A stretch of DNA of 62,228 bases, counting the filler, from Choristocarpus tenellus KU-1152 (lineage: Eukaryota; Protista; Phaeophyceae): assembly GCA_964200185.2 (NCBI GenBank). It is 8 parts of 8 records of this genome, joined end to end, with 100 filler letters (N's around TTAATTAATTAA, not from the genome) between each part and the next. Parts side by side here need not be neighbours in the genome. Positions count along the whole stretch, not along the records: positions 23,972 to 29,533 come from CAXNAD020010416.1; positions 29,634 to 39,026 come from CAXNAD020003719.1; positions 39,127 to 42,927 come from CAXNAD020017848.1; 5 more parts are not named here. One strand, written 5' to 3'. Positions 27,023 to 39,979 of the stretch are shown one piece after another. Made by a program: the position numbers and the translations under genes. A model generated the notes under the pieces. It was given only the letters and a program-made list of their open reading frames with translations, did no database searches and was not told where the DNA came from. Position 1 is the first letter of the stretch. Each line of letters starts with the position of its first letter.

Positions 27023-29038
27023 GCATGAATATATGTGTATATATTAATTGATTTTTTTTTTATCATTGTGGAGAAATTTTGAAGAAATTTCTTTGCAAAA
27101 TATACAGAAAAAGAAAAAATCTCCTGTACAGTGGAGTAAAACCAAAATGTACAGAACAGGTTTGGTGTCACTATTCCAGTAGTTGAAAAAGCATTTCCAC
27201 ATGTAAGTGTTTTGCAATACATGTGAAAGCACTGTAGCAATCAAAACAAATCACTTTTTCGAAAATATGTTTAACAAAATAAGAAATGGAAATAGATATT
27301 TTCCACCAACAAACACGGCCACTTCTTTTTTTTTAATATCATTTAACTTGAGCAAAGATAACCACAGTTGCTATAATAACAACTAATCAACACCTTAGCA
27401 GAACCAGTCTCATGTCTTCAGACACAAGTCAGAATACACAGCAAGCCTGGTATCTATCAATATCTATCAGTAACTCAAGAGAAAAAAGATGATGGTCAGT
27501 GTATCTGGAACGTTACCTTTCAGAGCCTCCCCCTACATTCTTCAATCTCCAGTTGGTCTTCGCCTTACATTAGTCTCTTCCCCCTTTGTGCTTGGGCTTT
27601 CCAGTACAAACATACTCCATTGAGTTACTGTGATCGATACCTCATGACCATTGGCCACCACTTTCAATTACATGTATCATGTATCATAGTACTGTATACA
27701 ATATCAGTAGTAATAATATTACACAGAAAAAGATCTGATGCTCAAGAATCACTACAATAATCTAGACCATGTTTTTCCAGTATATTAGTGTCTGGGTTGC
27801 ATTCTCATTATTGATTTGGCACGAGGGAAGTAGTACCAATATTGTGGACATAGATGTTGCTAAATACAACCAGCTGTTTCAAGCATAAATAATATTGATT
27901 TGAATATATGTATGCACTCTTGTATATTCCATTTTAATTAGTAAACCATTAATCTAAAATCAAATATTCCATCCATATACACAAAATTGCCCTCGCCAGC
28001 CAAGCACAGCATTTAACATGCTGAAGATAACGCCATATCATATTACAAACACTTCCAATATCCTTCTCACGCTTGCCATGTTGCTATTGTGGTACGGCCC
28101 AAATTATTTTATTTTATATGATGACTGTGTGAAGTTAATATTTGGGATTATATCCCCCGTTTTCTCAAGTATCAGCTACCACCATCAATGTAACTTTCAA
28201 GTACTAGAGATCAAATGAAGCAGTTCTTGGGAAATTTCCCAGCACCTATTACCAAAAATCCCCAATCATATGCAACTAGAAGATCATGAGTCAGTGGAGA
28301 GGTATGATAGGATGTCACTATAGCTTGTGATATAATACATCTGATATATACCATGTTTAATTTTCATATTCATACCATGCCGCTGAATAACCTACCGGCC
28401 CTGTCTAGCTGGTTAAACTTATGCTTGGGTTTATGCAGTATAGTGTTTTCACTTTTGAATTAGATTATTTTAACCATTACTACTGCTCACCTTACTGTTG
28501 GTGTGGAAAAATCCTAGGTGTTTTTTTCCTGATATATTTGACAATCTCTACCCTCTTGAGGAATTGGGTAGTGGGAGGAGGAGTAGTTTGACATAGGGGT
28601 TGCTTTGTGTGTGTGTGTGTGTGTGTGGTTTTCTAATGTATTCAAGTGGATCTAGGATATACGTAGTATTCAAAGTGGAAACTTTTTTCCTTTAGATGAG
28701 CTGGAGCCTTCCTGTTTAATACTTGATTGTGTTCTTCTGTGGCCCTGCACATGAAAGAGGACTTTCTTTGTCGGAAATGCACAAGGTGCTGTAAGCAAGA
28801 AGTAATGTTGCCTTGTTCCCCCCCCCCCTTTTTTTCTATTGAGTATGAAGATTTCAAATGTCTACTTTCTTTTGCATGAACTCTTTTGTGTCTAAGTCCT
28901 GGTGGTGCATTGATTTATTTTTTATTTATCGGCCAACCAGAAAGCTGACTGCATGCAACTGTTTGAGAGCAGGAGTGTGTGTGTGAGACATTGTGCCTGG
29001 GTGGACTTTGAAAAAAAATCGTTCTTTGTTGCAGGACA

Positions 29039-29298
29039 GACACAACCCATTTAAGAGGGTAGGATCGCGTCCATTCGGGGTCATTAATCCAATGATACTT
29101 TTTTGATGAATTTTGGCTACTGTTTTTGTTAGCAAGTGTCAATACCCTTGCTCTGGACACACCTTTCATAGTCGTACACATTTTAGATAACTGTGTTCAC
29201 ACAAAAAAACGAAAAAGAGCATAAAAAACCATGGTAGGAAGCCAAGCCCCAAACGGACAAACAGTTCAAAACTCCTACCCTCTTAAATGCTTTGGGTA
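29039..29298 (-). mobile_element. MITE family A-related subfamily
   Basis: TIR core CATTTAAGAGGGTAGGA / TCCTACCCTCTTAAATG; ACA TSD on both sides; interior homologous to family A in reverse orientation. Confidence 0.8.
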
Positions 29299-30904
29299 AC
29301 AAATATATATATATATTATGTAACCCCAAACACTTTCTACTTTTTTTTTAATCCATGTTTCAGTGTGCATCCAATTACAACATATGGTGAGGACAGAAAG
29401 TAGCAAGTGACCTTCGGGACCCTCAACTGTCCTTTCCTGTACACAGAGGAGTGTGTGTATACGTGGTGTATTTACCCAAATTGCCCCAGTGGGGGGGTGT
29501 TGCTGAAGTGTTAACCCTTGTCCCCCCCCTCCTNNNNNNNNNNNNNNNNNNNNNNNNNNNNNNNNNNNNNNNNNNNNTTAATTAATTAANNNNNNNNNNN
29601 NNNNNNNNNNNNNNNNNNNNNNNNNNNNNNNNNCCGCCCCCCTGTGTCAAGAGTGCTGTGTTCCTTCAACCCCCTCTGCATATCATTTTGATAGAAATAA
29701 AGATTATCATAATGGCATTATTACAAACATGGACATGATGATATCGATGATCGTATTTGTAATAGTAGTCAGGCGTTTATTCTTTTATTCTTTTATTCGG
29801 TGCAATCAGTGATATTCACTGATTACCTTAGATTCTGATTGTGATGTCTGGGGGAGGGGAGTATGTATGTGTATATATGTGTGTGGTATGTTTGTATGTA
29901 TATATGTATATATTATGTGTATTATTATGTGTGTGCATTGTGTATGTATATATGTGTGTATGTTTGTGTGTATGTTTGTGTGTATGTATATATGTATATA
30001 TATATATAATGGCATTACAAACATGGACATGATGGTATCGATGATTGTATTCGATAACCCTAACCTAAGTTAGTATCAGTAACATTTTATCCACCTACAG
30101 GGTGTGAATGACATCTTTGTCCTGTGGCTAGCAACAATTATTTAATTCCTGTGTCCAATTTTCCAGGATTTCCGATTTTTTTGAAAAATTAAATTAATAA
30201 AACGATTCCAGTTGGTTCCTGTGACATCATTCCAATTTTTGAATATTGGAAATTTCTGGACATTTTTTTTAATGTTGCGAACGAACCTTAAAAAATTAGA
30301 AAAAATGTATTATTATTATTATTATTATTATTATTTTGTTTTTATTAATATTTCAAGTACATTTCCATGGAGTGATGTGGCAATGGTCAAAGCAGGAGGA
30401 CCTTGGTTGAATGTGAGTCAGTGAGTGTTAACACTGCCTTTTTATTAGAAACTGTGATATCTGAGGCCCAGCACGATGGGGGGGGGGGGACTCAAGTATT
30501 TTTTTTGGTATTCTTATGTGATCTTTTCTTCTTTACAGGTAGGTATGGAAGTAGCTTCAGTTTTATATTTCATTGTTTACCTTTTTATTTTTGTGCTATA
30601 GAAATCGTTAGATACCTTTTTTTGTTTTTTGTGTTCTTTTCCCATTTTTAATATAATAATTTACAGCATCGTTTGTGGTCTTTTGTATGGGTCAGAAACT
30701 TCTTGTTTTGTAGGTGACATGGAATTTTCTAATAAGTTATAATTTTCTTTCTTTTTATTTGAACTTACAATATCCTGTGTACTGATTTTGTATCTTCTTG
30801 TATGATCTTTTCTTTTATTTGTATTTTTTCTATATTAGGTCTCACTATTCTCACTCCAAGCTATTGATGATGCACTATTCTTCATTTGTATTTTTTTATA
30901 TTAG

Positions 30905-33900
30905 GCCTCACTATTCTCACTCCAAGCTATTGATGATGTATGAGCGTATGGTGCAAGGAAATGGAGTACAGAGGGGTCATTCCAGGACAGATCTAGACAA
31001 TGAGACAGAAGTGACACAGGTGATCAGCAATTTATGAACAATTTATGATTAATTTTTGATCAATTTATTATCAATTTATGATCAATTTGTGATCAATTTG
31101 TGATCAATATATATCAATTTGTGATCAATTTGTGATCAATTTGTGATCAATTTGTGATCAATTTGTGATCAATTTGTGATCTATGATACTAAATGCACAG
31201 ATATTTTTATCTTTGGTGTTTGTTGCTTGACCCTGATCTAGCCTTGAACCCTGAATGTATATGTGATGTAGTCAGTTAGTTCCCTTGTAGTGTGTTCGAA
31301 GGCTTTTTTTTGTTTTTTTTGCATTTTTTTTGTTTATTTTAGAGTGGAATGATGTAGCGGAATCTATGCAGACGTTAGGGTTAGGGTTGTTGTGTCTGCC
31401 GTTGTTGGAGTGGGTAGTGCAGTCGCAGGCGTTTGTTTTAGGTCACTGAAGTGTGCGCAAGTAGTTACGTATGTAGTGTACACTGTTGTCAATATATATA
31501 TTTTTTGATCATATTGTGTAGGTGACTGAACATAAACGGTTAAACGCCTTAGATTGTGTTTACGACATTTGCAGTCACCATTATGTGTATGTACTTTTGT
31601 ATTATTTTTTTATGTGTTATTGTTTTTTATTGTTTTTTTATGTGTTATTTGGTGGGGGGTGGGGAGAGGGCAATGTTGATCTCACTGTTTTTATTTTTAT
31701 TTTTATTTTTATTTTTATTTTTATTTTTATTCTTTTTTTTCATTTTCCGGCCCCGAACCCGCACCATAGTTTATTTTATTGTATTTATTTATTTATTATT
31801 ATTATTATATATATATTTTAAAGAGCTTGTTCTTGTTGTGTTCAGGGGTTTATGAAATATGATGATCGAATGAGTAGGGGTATTTGAAATAAAATCTGAC
31901 AACTTCAAAAAAATGAAAAATAAATTTGTTCTGGTGTATGTTGAAGCAGTACTAGGTACTAGTAGATGTTAAGGTGAAATGTTGGTTTAGATATGTTGGT
32001 AGTAACAGCAGTGCTAGGTACTAGTAGATGTTAAGGTGAAATGTTGGTTTAGATATGTTGGTAGCAACAGCAGTGTCTGCCTGCTATACATGAATACTTG
32101 ATACTGTTTATGTTGGTAATGATAGTAATGGTTTATACTATTTATAATTGTAATGATGGTACTACTTGATACTGTTTATTCTAGTAATTATAGTGGTACT
32201 TGATACTATCTATGATAGTAATGATAGTACTATTTGATACTATTTATAGTTGTAATGATGGTAGTACTTAATACCATTTATAATTGTAGTGATAGTACTG
32301 CTTGATACTGTTTATACTAGTAATGATAGTAATAGTTTATACTATTTATAATTGTAATGATAGTAGTACTTGATACTGTTTATACTACTAACGATGGTGG
32401 TATTTGATACTGTCTATAATAGTAATGATAGTACTATTTGATACTATTTATAATTGTAATGATGGTACTACTTGATACTATTTGTACTAGTAACGATAGT
32501 GGTACTTGATACTGTCTATAATAGAAATGATAGTACTACTTGATACTATTTATAGGTGTAATGATAGTAGTACTCAATACCATTTATAATTGTAATGATA
32601 GTAACACTTAATACTATTTATAATTATAATGATAGTAACAATACTATTTGTATTTGTAATGATAGTAATACTGTTTATAATAGTAATGATAGTAATAATA
32701 CTATTTGTATTAGTGATGATAGTAATACTGTTTATAATAGTAATGATAGTAATAATACTATTTGTATTAGTGATGATAGTAATGATAGTAACACTTAATA
32801 CTATTTGTATTAGTGATGATAGTAATGATAGTAACACTTAATACTATTTGTATTAGTGATGATAGTAATGATAGTAACACTTAATACTATTTATAATTAT
32901 AATGATAGTAACAATACTATTTGTATTTGTAATGATAGCAATGATAGTAATAATACTATTTGTATTAGTGATGATAGTAATACTGTTTATAATTATAATG
33001 ATAGTAACAATACTATTTGTATTTGTAATGATAGTAATGATAGTAATAATACTATTTGTATTAGTGGTGATATATGATATATGCATATATTTATTTTTAT
33101 TGTTGATGGTAGTGGTTAAAAAAACAGGGAAGGGTTAGGGCTCGGTCTTCTCCTTTGTGTTGCTGACGGGAGCATCCTAGGAGCTGCAGAAAATTCATCA
33201 CAATTCATGTATGTGTATTTAAATATCCAACTTTTCTTATTTTTTGTGTACTGGCTCCTAACTCTTATCTTAGGGTTAGGGTTAGGGTTCTGTGCATTTC
33301 TTTTTGTATAAAAGTTTTGTACTGAAAATTCTATTTTTTGTGTCTCAACTATTGAATTGAGCCTTTTCTGTGTGGGTAGAATACTGTAAAATGATTTTTT
33401 TCTGAGAATTCATAGTATGTTCTTATGCAGCAGGTGAATCTATCCTATGTGTTCACTCTTTTTTCTTTCTTTTGTTCACTGTCTATGATGACAATAATAA
33501 TAATCTACAATACTTTTATTATTAGTGTTCACTATCTACGATGATTATAATCTACAATTCTATCTACTCACTATTATTATTAGTGTTCACAATCTACAAT
33601 GATAATAACCTATGATACTATCTACTCACTATTATTAATAGTGTTCACTATCTACAATGATTATAACCTATGATACTATCTACTCACTATTATTAATAGT
33701 GTTCACTATCTACAATGATTATAATCTACAATTCTATCTACTCACTATTATTATTAGTGTTCAAGATATAGTATTATTTTCTATTGTTACACTTCAATAG
33801 GTAGTATCTCTTCCTTCTTCGAAATATTATTTTAAAGTTCCACTGATTTTTTTTTTTTCTTTGGTGCGCGCTACTCTGATTCTAACAACAGTTACAGTTA

Positions 33901-35704
33901 CAGTTACACTGGTATTTCGTTATAGTACAATCTTGACTTTAGCATGTAGGATGATTATCAGTAACAATAGCGTCCATGGTAACAGCATTAAAAAAAAAAT
34001 GTGCTGAACTTTTGTTTTAGAAAAAAATTGTGAAATTTTTTCTAACCAGATAGGAGGATTTCGTCGGGGATCGGTATGATGGTGTAAGGTACATTGCCAA
34101 TATACATACATAGGGTATATATATACTGATGTTGGTATGTACTCATTAGTTCGTACCATCGTTGATTTTTTTGAGAGTAGTAGTCCTACCGTTGTACGTT
34201 AGATTTCTTTGAATTTTATATAATTAGTTTGTACCCATTTATTTGGCTTTGAATACATCATGACTCTCCTACTTTTGTAGAGAGGTTGGGGTGTCATTTT
34301 TTTGGGTGGAATGTGAAATGGTAGGTTGAGGTGGTTTGAAGGAACATATGGGGTTGGAGGTGGAATCAATGAACAGTGCTTGGTGTGGGATGGTAGAGAA
34401 GGTTTGGATAGATATGTGAACGGGGTGTGTGATAGTATGTGGGTATTGTTTGTAGACCTCTTGTGTTCATACTTGGGTTGAAAGATGATTGCAATAATAG
34501 TTGTTGTAGAAATGCAAATGTATCGATATTTATTTATCAAATTTATTGATACTTGTTTTTCAAATGTATCGATATTTATTTTTCAACTGCATCAATATTT
34601 ATCAATATATTTTGGCAAAACGATAGGATTATAGAGGTTGCGAAATTTTCGTTGAAGCAGAATGTGTGATACAGACTTGTGTGTATAGGGTTAGGCTAGG
34701 GTTAGGGTATATGGGTACCTATATTGTTGAAGGTAGTACTAATAGCAATAGTAATGATAACATCAATAGCAATAATGATCGCACTAATAGGAATAGTAAT
34801 GATAATAGTAATAACGATAACATCAATAGCAATAATGATAATAATAATAATAGTAATAATGACAATGATAATAATAATAGTAATAATGATAATAATAATA
34901 ATGATAATGACGAGGAGATCGAGAAGTTGGTAAAATGGGATAAAAAATGTGCAATTTTTTAAGGCAGTTTAATTGTGTTATGAAAGTATTGTTACATGAT
35001 TTGTCAATCTTTCCTGACTCTTTGCCACCCCTCCTCTCATTGTACTTGCTACATTGTGCTTTGCTTTGTGGTACAATCATCCCATCCCAACTATTATCTC
35101 ATGGTGATTGTGATGGTGATTGTGATTGTGATTGTGATTGTGATTGTGATGGTGATGGTGATTGTGATTGTGATTGTGATGATGGTATATTAGGTTCACC
35201 GTAAAGACTTTTACAGCAATGTTGTTGAGGCTGTTAGTCTACGAATCAGGACACTGAGGGAGAAGAATCTAGACAGGTGAGTTATTTAGTCGTTACTCAT
35301 GCCAAGTGAAACACAGATGTATATATATATATACATATCTGTATCCCAAAGTGACTGGTTTTGCTAGAGAGGAGTGCCGTCTGTGTGATATTTTCTCGAT
35401 TTTTATTTTGTTTATAGATGCACGACTTCAGTGACTGCCCAACAAGAGCATATCTCGCTGTCTACAGTCTACAGGTAGGTGGGTATCGATAGTGGGATGT
35501 CAGAGTAGAGAGAGTACCAGGGTTTTTATAGTACATAATGGAGGAGGGAAGTGTGTAGAAGAAGATACGTATATATGTATATATATATTGATATTTGATA
35601 TTTTGATATTTGATATTTTGATAATTTGTTTTTATGTTGCACATATTTTTTTTTTGATTTTGTTATTTTTATGTCAGTTGTCACCTTTAGGTTTATAGTT
35701 GGGA

Positions 35705-35749
<45 letters not shown>

Positions 35750-38002
35750 GGATGAAGTTAATGTGGACACATTGGTTGGTACTGCATTTTGCGTTGTGTT
35801 GTATGAGTGGAAAAAGTGGGGTGGTTTAGGACTTCCAAGAAATTTCTGAAAATGTGTAGATGGGTGAGTTATTTTTTTGATATTCGAGGTAGATTTTTAA
35901 GTATCAGAAGAGAAATCCGTATGCACTGCTGCTGTGATTTTTTCTCTTTGTGAGGAAGTGAGGGTATGAGGAAGTTCTATGTGTATGGCCGGCGTGTGCA
36001 TAGGACTGGTGCCGAGAGGGATAGGGTATTAATAGACGTGTACACGTGAAATGTCCAGATGTATTGAAAGTATTGATTGTATTGATTGTATAGAATGGAT
36101 TAATTGTATTGAATGTATTGATTGTAATGGGATGAGGTAAGAAAGACCCCTCATTAGACAAGGTTACGGTGTTAGAGTTATCACGATCTCTTCAGGTACA
36201 TTTGGGGAAATGCATCTCCTCTGAGAGTGTTAAGGTGCCTCTTTGTGATAGCTGAATACTATGTAGTTACTTAGTGCAACTGTCCTATACATAGGAGGAA
36301 GGATACCATTGTTAGGGTTTATTTGTGTGTGTGTCATAATGTAATCAGTTGTGAATGAGATGTACTGTAATCAGTTATGAATGATTCGTAATGTAATCGG
36401 TTGCGAATGAGTCGTACTGTAATCAGTTGTGACTGAGTTGTACTTTAATCAGTTGTGAATGAGATGTACTGTAATTAGTTGTGAATGAGTCATATTGTAA
36501 TCAGTTATGAATGAGTTGTACTGTAATCACGATAGCATGTCCCTGAGTCTTTTCATATTCTTGTCTGATGCAACGCACTCTTATCATTTGTAATCCAAAA
36601 AATTTATTTGTATTGATAGTAGCATGCAGTAGAGTAGAATATTGAACATGGCCCCAACCTTCACAATCACTAATACCAAGAAGGCATGTTTTGTACATTT
36701 GTTTAATCTAAAAAAAGAAAAATAATGTAGCGTAATATGGAACTGGGCTTAAAAAGCACCCGGAAAATATTTTATTTATAAAAGTAAAAATATTTTAAAT
36801 TATTTTAAATTGTAAACGTATTGCATATATATATATAATAAAAAGATCCTGTCCATATATCCCTAACCTTGAAAAACTTGTCTCTAAACTTTTTCACTAT
36901 GTTGTATCCATGAGAACAGGCTTGGTCGCTACCTCATGCTCCCCCTCCACCTTTGGAACCTGGTGTTTGTTCTAGCTATATGCGTGATGAGCCCCTGGGT
37001 GTTCAATTCGAGGAATTTTTGGCTGTGCCTTATTCCCACCTCGCTGTTGCTGGGGGGCTCTGTGGTCGTCGAGATAGTGCTCTCGGGAGTGAGGGTGAGA
37101 CAAGATAGAATGTTCCTGGACTGTTCTGCGCAGTAACTCAGAGGATAAATGTAGGGGGAGGGAGGGGGGGGGGGAGTGTGAGGATGTTAACCGTGTGCCC
37201 TATTGGTGTATATTTATATATTTTCTGTGTGTGTATTGGGATTTGATAGTATTTATGGGTGTATTTTGTTAGGGCGTTTATAGTGAGGAGTGGTGAGGTT
37301 GACTTCTGATCAATCATGGTGCTTTGGTGTGTGTTTGGGATATCTGAGAATTTCCTATCTCACTGTTAAAATCTGTTGGATGGCGCTATGTTACATGTAG
37401 TCTTTGGTTACATAGTGTGCTTCTGCCAGAGTGAGTGTTCTTGTTTTAACCCTTGAGTATTACATGCTGTCTGTTACGGGATGGTCTCCCTTCTCGCATG
37501 CCACGGTCCTAAGACAACCCCCTTGTGATTCCGTTGATGTCACGTTGATGTCACGTTGATGTCACGTTGATGTCATGTTGATGTCACGTTGATGTCACGT
37601 TGATGTCACGTTGATGTCATGTTGATGTCATGTTGATGTCACGTTGATGTCACGTTGATGTCACGTTGATGTCATGTTGATGTCATGTTGATGTCACGTT
37701 GATGTCACGTTGATGTCATGTTGATGTCATGTTGATGTCACGTTGATGTCATGTTGATGTCATGTTGATGTCACGTTGATGTCACGTTGATGTCACGTTG
37801 ATGTCATGTTGATGTCACGTTGATGTCACGTTGATGTCATGTTGATGTCATGTTGATGTCATGTGAAGACAGCCACGGCACGGGACTTAGTGCTTTGGTT
37901 GGATGTTGGTCTTGTACACACAGTCTCCAGATGATTTCGTGTTTGAAAATATATATATATATATGCATCTGAATATTGTGTCTTATGGATACCCTATCCA
38001 TG

Positions 38003-38039
<37 letters not shown>

Positions 38040-38165
38040 TGTGTGGCAGGCTTATGTGGTTCCTCCATGGAATCGTGTGAAGGCAGTGTCGATGTGTCTC
38101 ACCATCATGGGATTTACTTGGGTTGCGGTCCTCACTCCTATCAGCAATTGGACCTCTCTGTTCAG
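30905..38165 (+). CDS. Voltage-gated-type cation channel (TPC-like), partial; exons 30905-31019, 35194-35276, 36920-37094, 38050-38165
   Basis: Four exons with compatible phases (0,2,0). A cytosolic linker is followed by three hydrophobic segments, with EIVLSGVR|AYVVPPWNR resembling the S2-S3 'E....G...Y....WN' motif. Subfamily assignment is inference. Confidence 0.65.
31020..31185. repeat. 11-bp tandem repeat (TGATCAATTTG), starting at the splice donor
   Basis: Directly visible. Confidence 0.92.
31945..32075. repeat. About 62-bp tandem duplication
   Basis: CTAGGTACTAGTAGATGTTAAGGTGAAATGTTGGTTTAGATATGTTGGTAG occurs twice. Confidence 0.9.
32095..33070. repeat. AT-rich minisatellite, units of about 30-40 bp (ATACTRTTTRTAATAGTAATGATAGTA...)
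   Basis: About 1 kb of tandem degenerate units; explains the I/V/T- and N/D-rich ORFs in the track. Confidence 0.92.
33472..33764. repeat. 58-bp minisatellite, about 5 copies
   Basis: TAGTGTTCAC recurs at 33581, 33639 and 33697. Confidence 0.92.
34735..35185. repeat. (AAT)-rich microsatellite 34735-34910 and (GTGATT/GTGATG)n 35100-35185
   Basis: Directly visible; the hexamer tract lies immediately upstream of the acceptor at 35193. Confidence 0.9.
36340..36529. repeat. 26-bp minisatellite (TGTAATCAGTTGTGAATGAGATGTAC), about 7 copies
   Basis: Directly visible. Confidence 0.9.
37533..37863. repeat. 11-bp tandem repeat (GTTGATGTCAY), about 30 copies
   Basis: Perfect units differing only at one C/T position. 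Confidence 0.97.
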
Positions 38166-39126
38166 GTGGGTGTGTTTCATTGCGTTTGATTTTGACACCA
38201 ATTTTGTGTGTGTGTGTGTGTGTGTTTATGTAACTGTTTTGTAACTGTCACCAGTGTAGTCCTGAACCTTGGATGGCATGTTCGGTAACGTTGTGGTTGG
38301 CAGTGCTACGCGTAGCATACTTAGGGTTAGGGTACTGAGGTGGTGGATTGTACAATAGCTTTTTTTTTTGTTGATCAGAAGATGCACACATGGAAGTAGG
38401 TTGGGGAATCTGCTGGCACTGTTAATACATATCATTTGTTAACGGATATTGTAGCGTTTGCACCTGTGCTCTCTCAAGGTGTAAGAAAGGCTAGTTGTAT
38501 TATGTAAGGTGTAAAAAAGGTAGCAGAAGGTAAGACGAATTTTGATGTGTCATACATCTGAGCGGCCTGCCAATGTGTGTAAACCCCTTCTGTTCCTGTT
38601 TTTTTCTGGTCTATTGAAGCCAAGTGTGTGCATTTAGAACATGCAGACAGAAAATACCTGCTCCTCCTGCGTCTGGACGTACTAATTTAATTTGAGAATA
38701 GCAAAGTCCGATGTGCAGTAAATTTGTTTTTAAGAAGGGGTGTTCCCACATAATTCACACCTTAGGTAATGCTCTCCCCCTTCCCTAAACGCCTTCCTTT
38801 CTTTCTGTACACCTTGAATCCCTCTCTGCCCTATCTGTATCCACCTTATGTTATTGATATACATGCACACAATAGCAATACTAAAAAAAAAAAGTAAACT
38901 ATTATTTTTGTATCGTGTTGTTAATGACTGTTGTTGTGAGTAGCCCATCTGTGGTAGTCCTTCCCCCCCCCCCCCCAGTTGTTAATGACTGTTGTTGTGA
39001 GTAGCCCATCTGTGGTAGTCCCCCCCNNNNNNNNNNNNNNNNNNNNNNNNNNNNNNNNNNNNNNNNNNNNTTAATTAATTAANNNNNNNNNNNNNNNNNN
39101 NNNNNNNNNNNNNNNNNNNNNNNNNN

Positions 39127-39216
39127 GTAGGTAAAATGTCCTTAAAAACCCGTGGGAAGCCAAGCCCCAAATGGACAAACAGGGAAAAACTCGTACCCTC
39201 TAAGATACTTTCACTC
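39127..39216 (-). mobile_element. MITE family A left end, cut by the contig start and inserted into the mariner transposase at TTA
   Basis: Reverse complement of GAGTGAAAGTATCTTAGAGGGTACGAG... Confidence 0.88.
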
Positions 39217-39895
39217 TTAAGCTTGGGTTTGATCCAGCGGCAATTCGGCATGGCCCCCATATCATCCAACCACCAGTTTATGGTGCGCGTACTATAATTC
39301 AGCCCCATGACAGCCATCATCATTGTCACCTGAAGGAATGTGGATGACCCATTATCGGAGTTGATATTATGTATTGCAGCCATCTTGGTCGGTGTGAGCT
39401 CCGAAGACCGCCCACTACGCGTGCTTGCACCCACAGATCAAGCGTGTGGCCACGGGTGAGCTGATCAGCGATGTCCTCCCAGAGCCTTTGACTGTAACGC
39501 TCGGATACTCCAGACTCCGCTGCCAGGGTCGGACCAACATGTCGCAGGAGTTTATGCTCACCAGGGACCATCGCAAGGGAGTGCTGCACTGCAAGCACAA
39601 CCCTGGTATTCAGGGACACTTCGGCACCCTTCCTATGCGGGGGAGTCGACAGGGGGATTGCCATGCCGACGTTCTGACCCTCGATGTGCCCAGTTCTGGT
39701 CTCAAAATCACCCCAAAAGGCCCCTACTTTCACGGCTGGAAGCACCTCGAGTTTGTAACTGGTGATCCTCGACCTCCACCTTTTCTGCTGAGATTGTCAA
39801 GCCGATTTCATTCTGTGGGGTTATCGTCCAATTCGGTGCCGTTCTCGCTCAGCGAGCCCAGATGTTTCGCGGCACAACCTATGGCACAGAGGTAG
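39217..39895 (-). mobile_element. Plant-type mariner 5' end with a degenerate transposase N-terminus
   Basis: Minus-strand terminus TA|CTACCTCTGTGCCATAGGTTGTGCC, homologous to the 16682 TIR and the Stowaway consensus CTCCCTCCGT. Peptides LAAESGVSERYSQRLW and SGRSSELTP...YSTRTINWWL...KPKL resemble the DD39D HTH and KPxL region. Confidence 0.78.
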
Positions 39896-39979
39896 TACCA
39901 CACTCAAGAACATTAACAGAATTTGTAAAAGCAATTTCCAAACTAGAAATGTCTAATTTATGTTTCTTTCCCTTCAGAT

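Noticed and set aside
32574-33138. I/V/T-rich and N/D-rich ORFs on both strands (also 29806-30073 and 34666-35204)
   Set aside because: By-products of simple repeats; most lie inside predicted introns
32095-37863. Regular repeats as a CRISPR-like array
   Set aside because: Head-to-tail minisatellites with no unique spacers and no cas-like genes
38915-39026. About 45-bp direct duplication at a contig end
   Set aside because: Adjacent to a poly-C run and the contig break; likely an assembly artefact
39425-39977. Plus-strand ORF with an apparent intron at 39891-39977
   Set aside because: The apparent donor is the mariner TIR; the coding signal is on the minus strand
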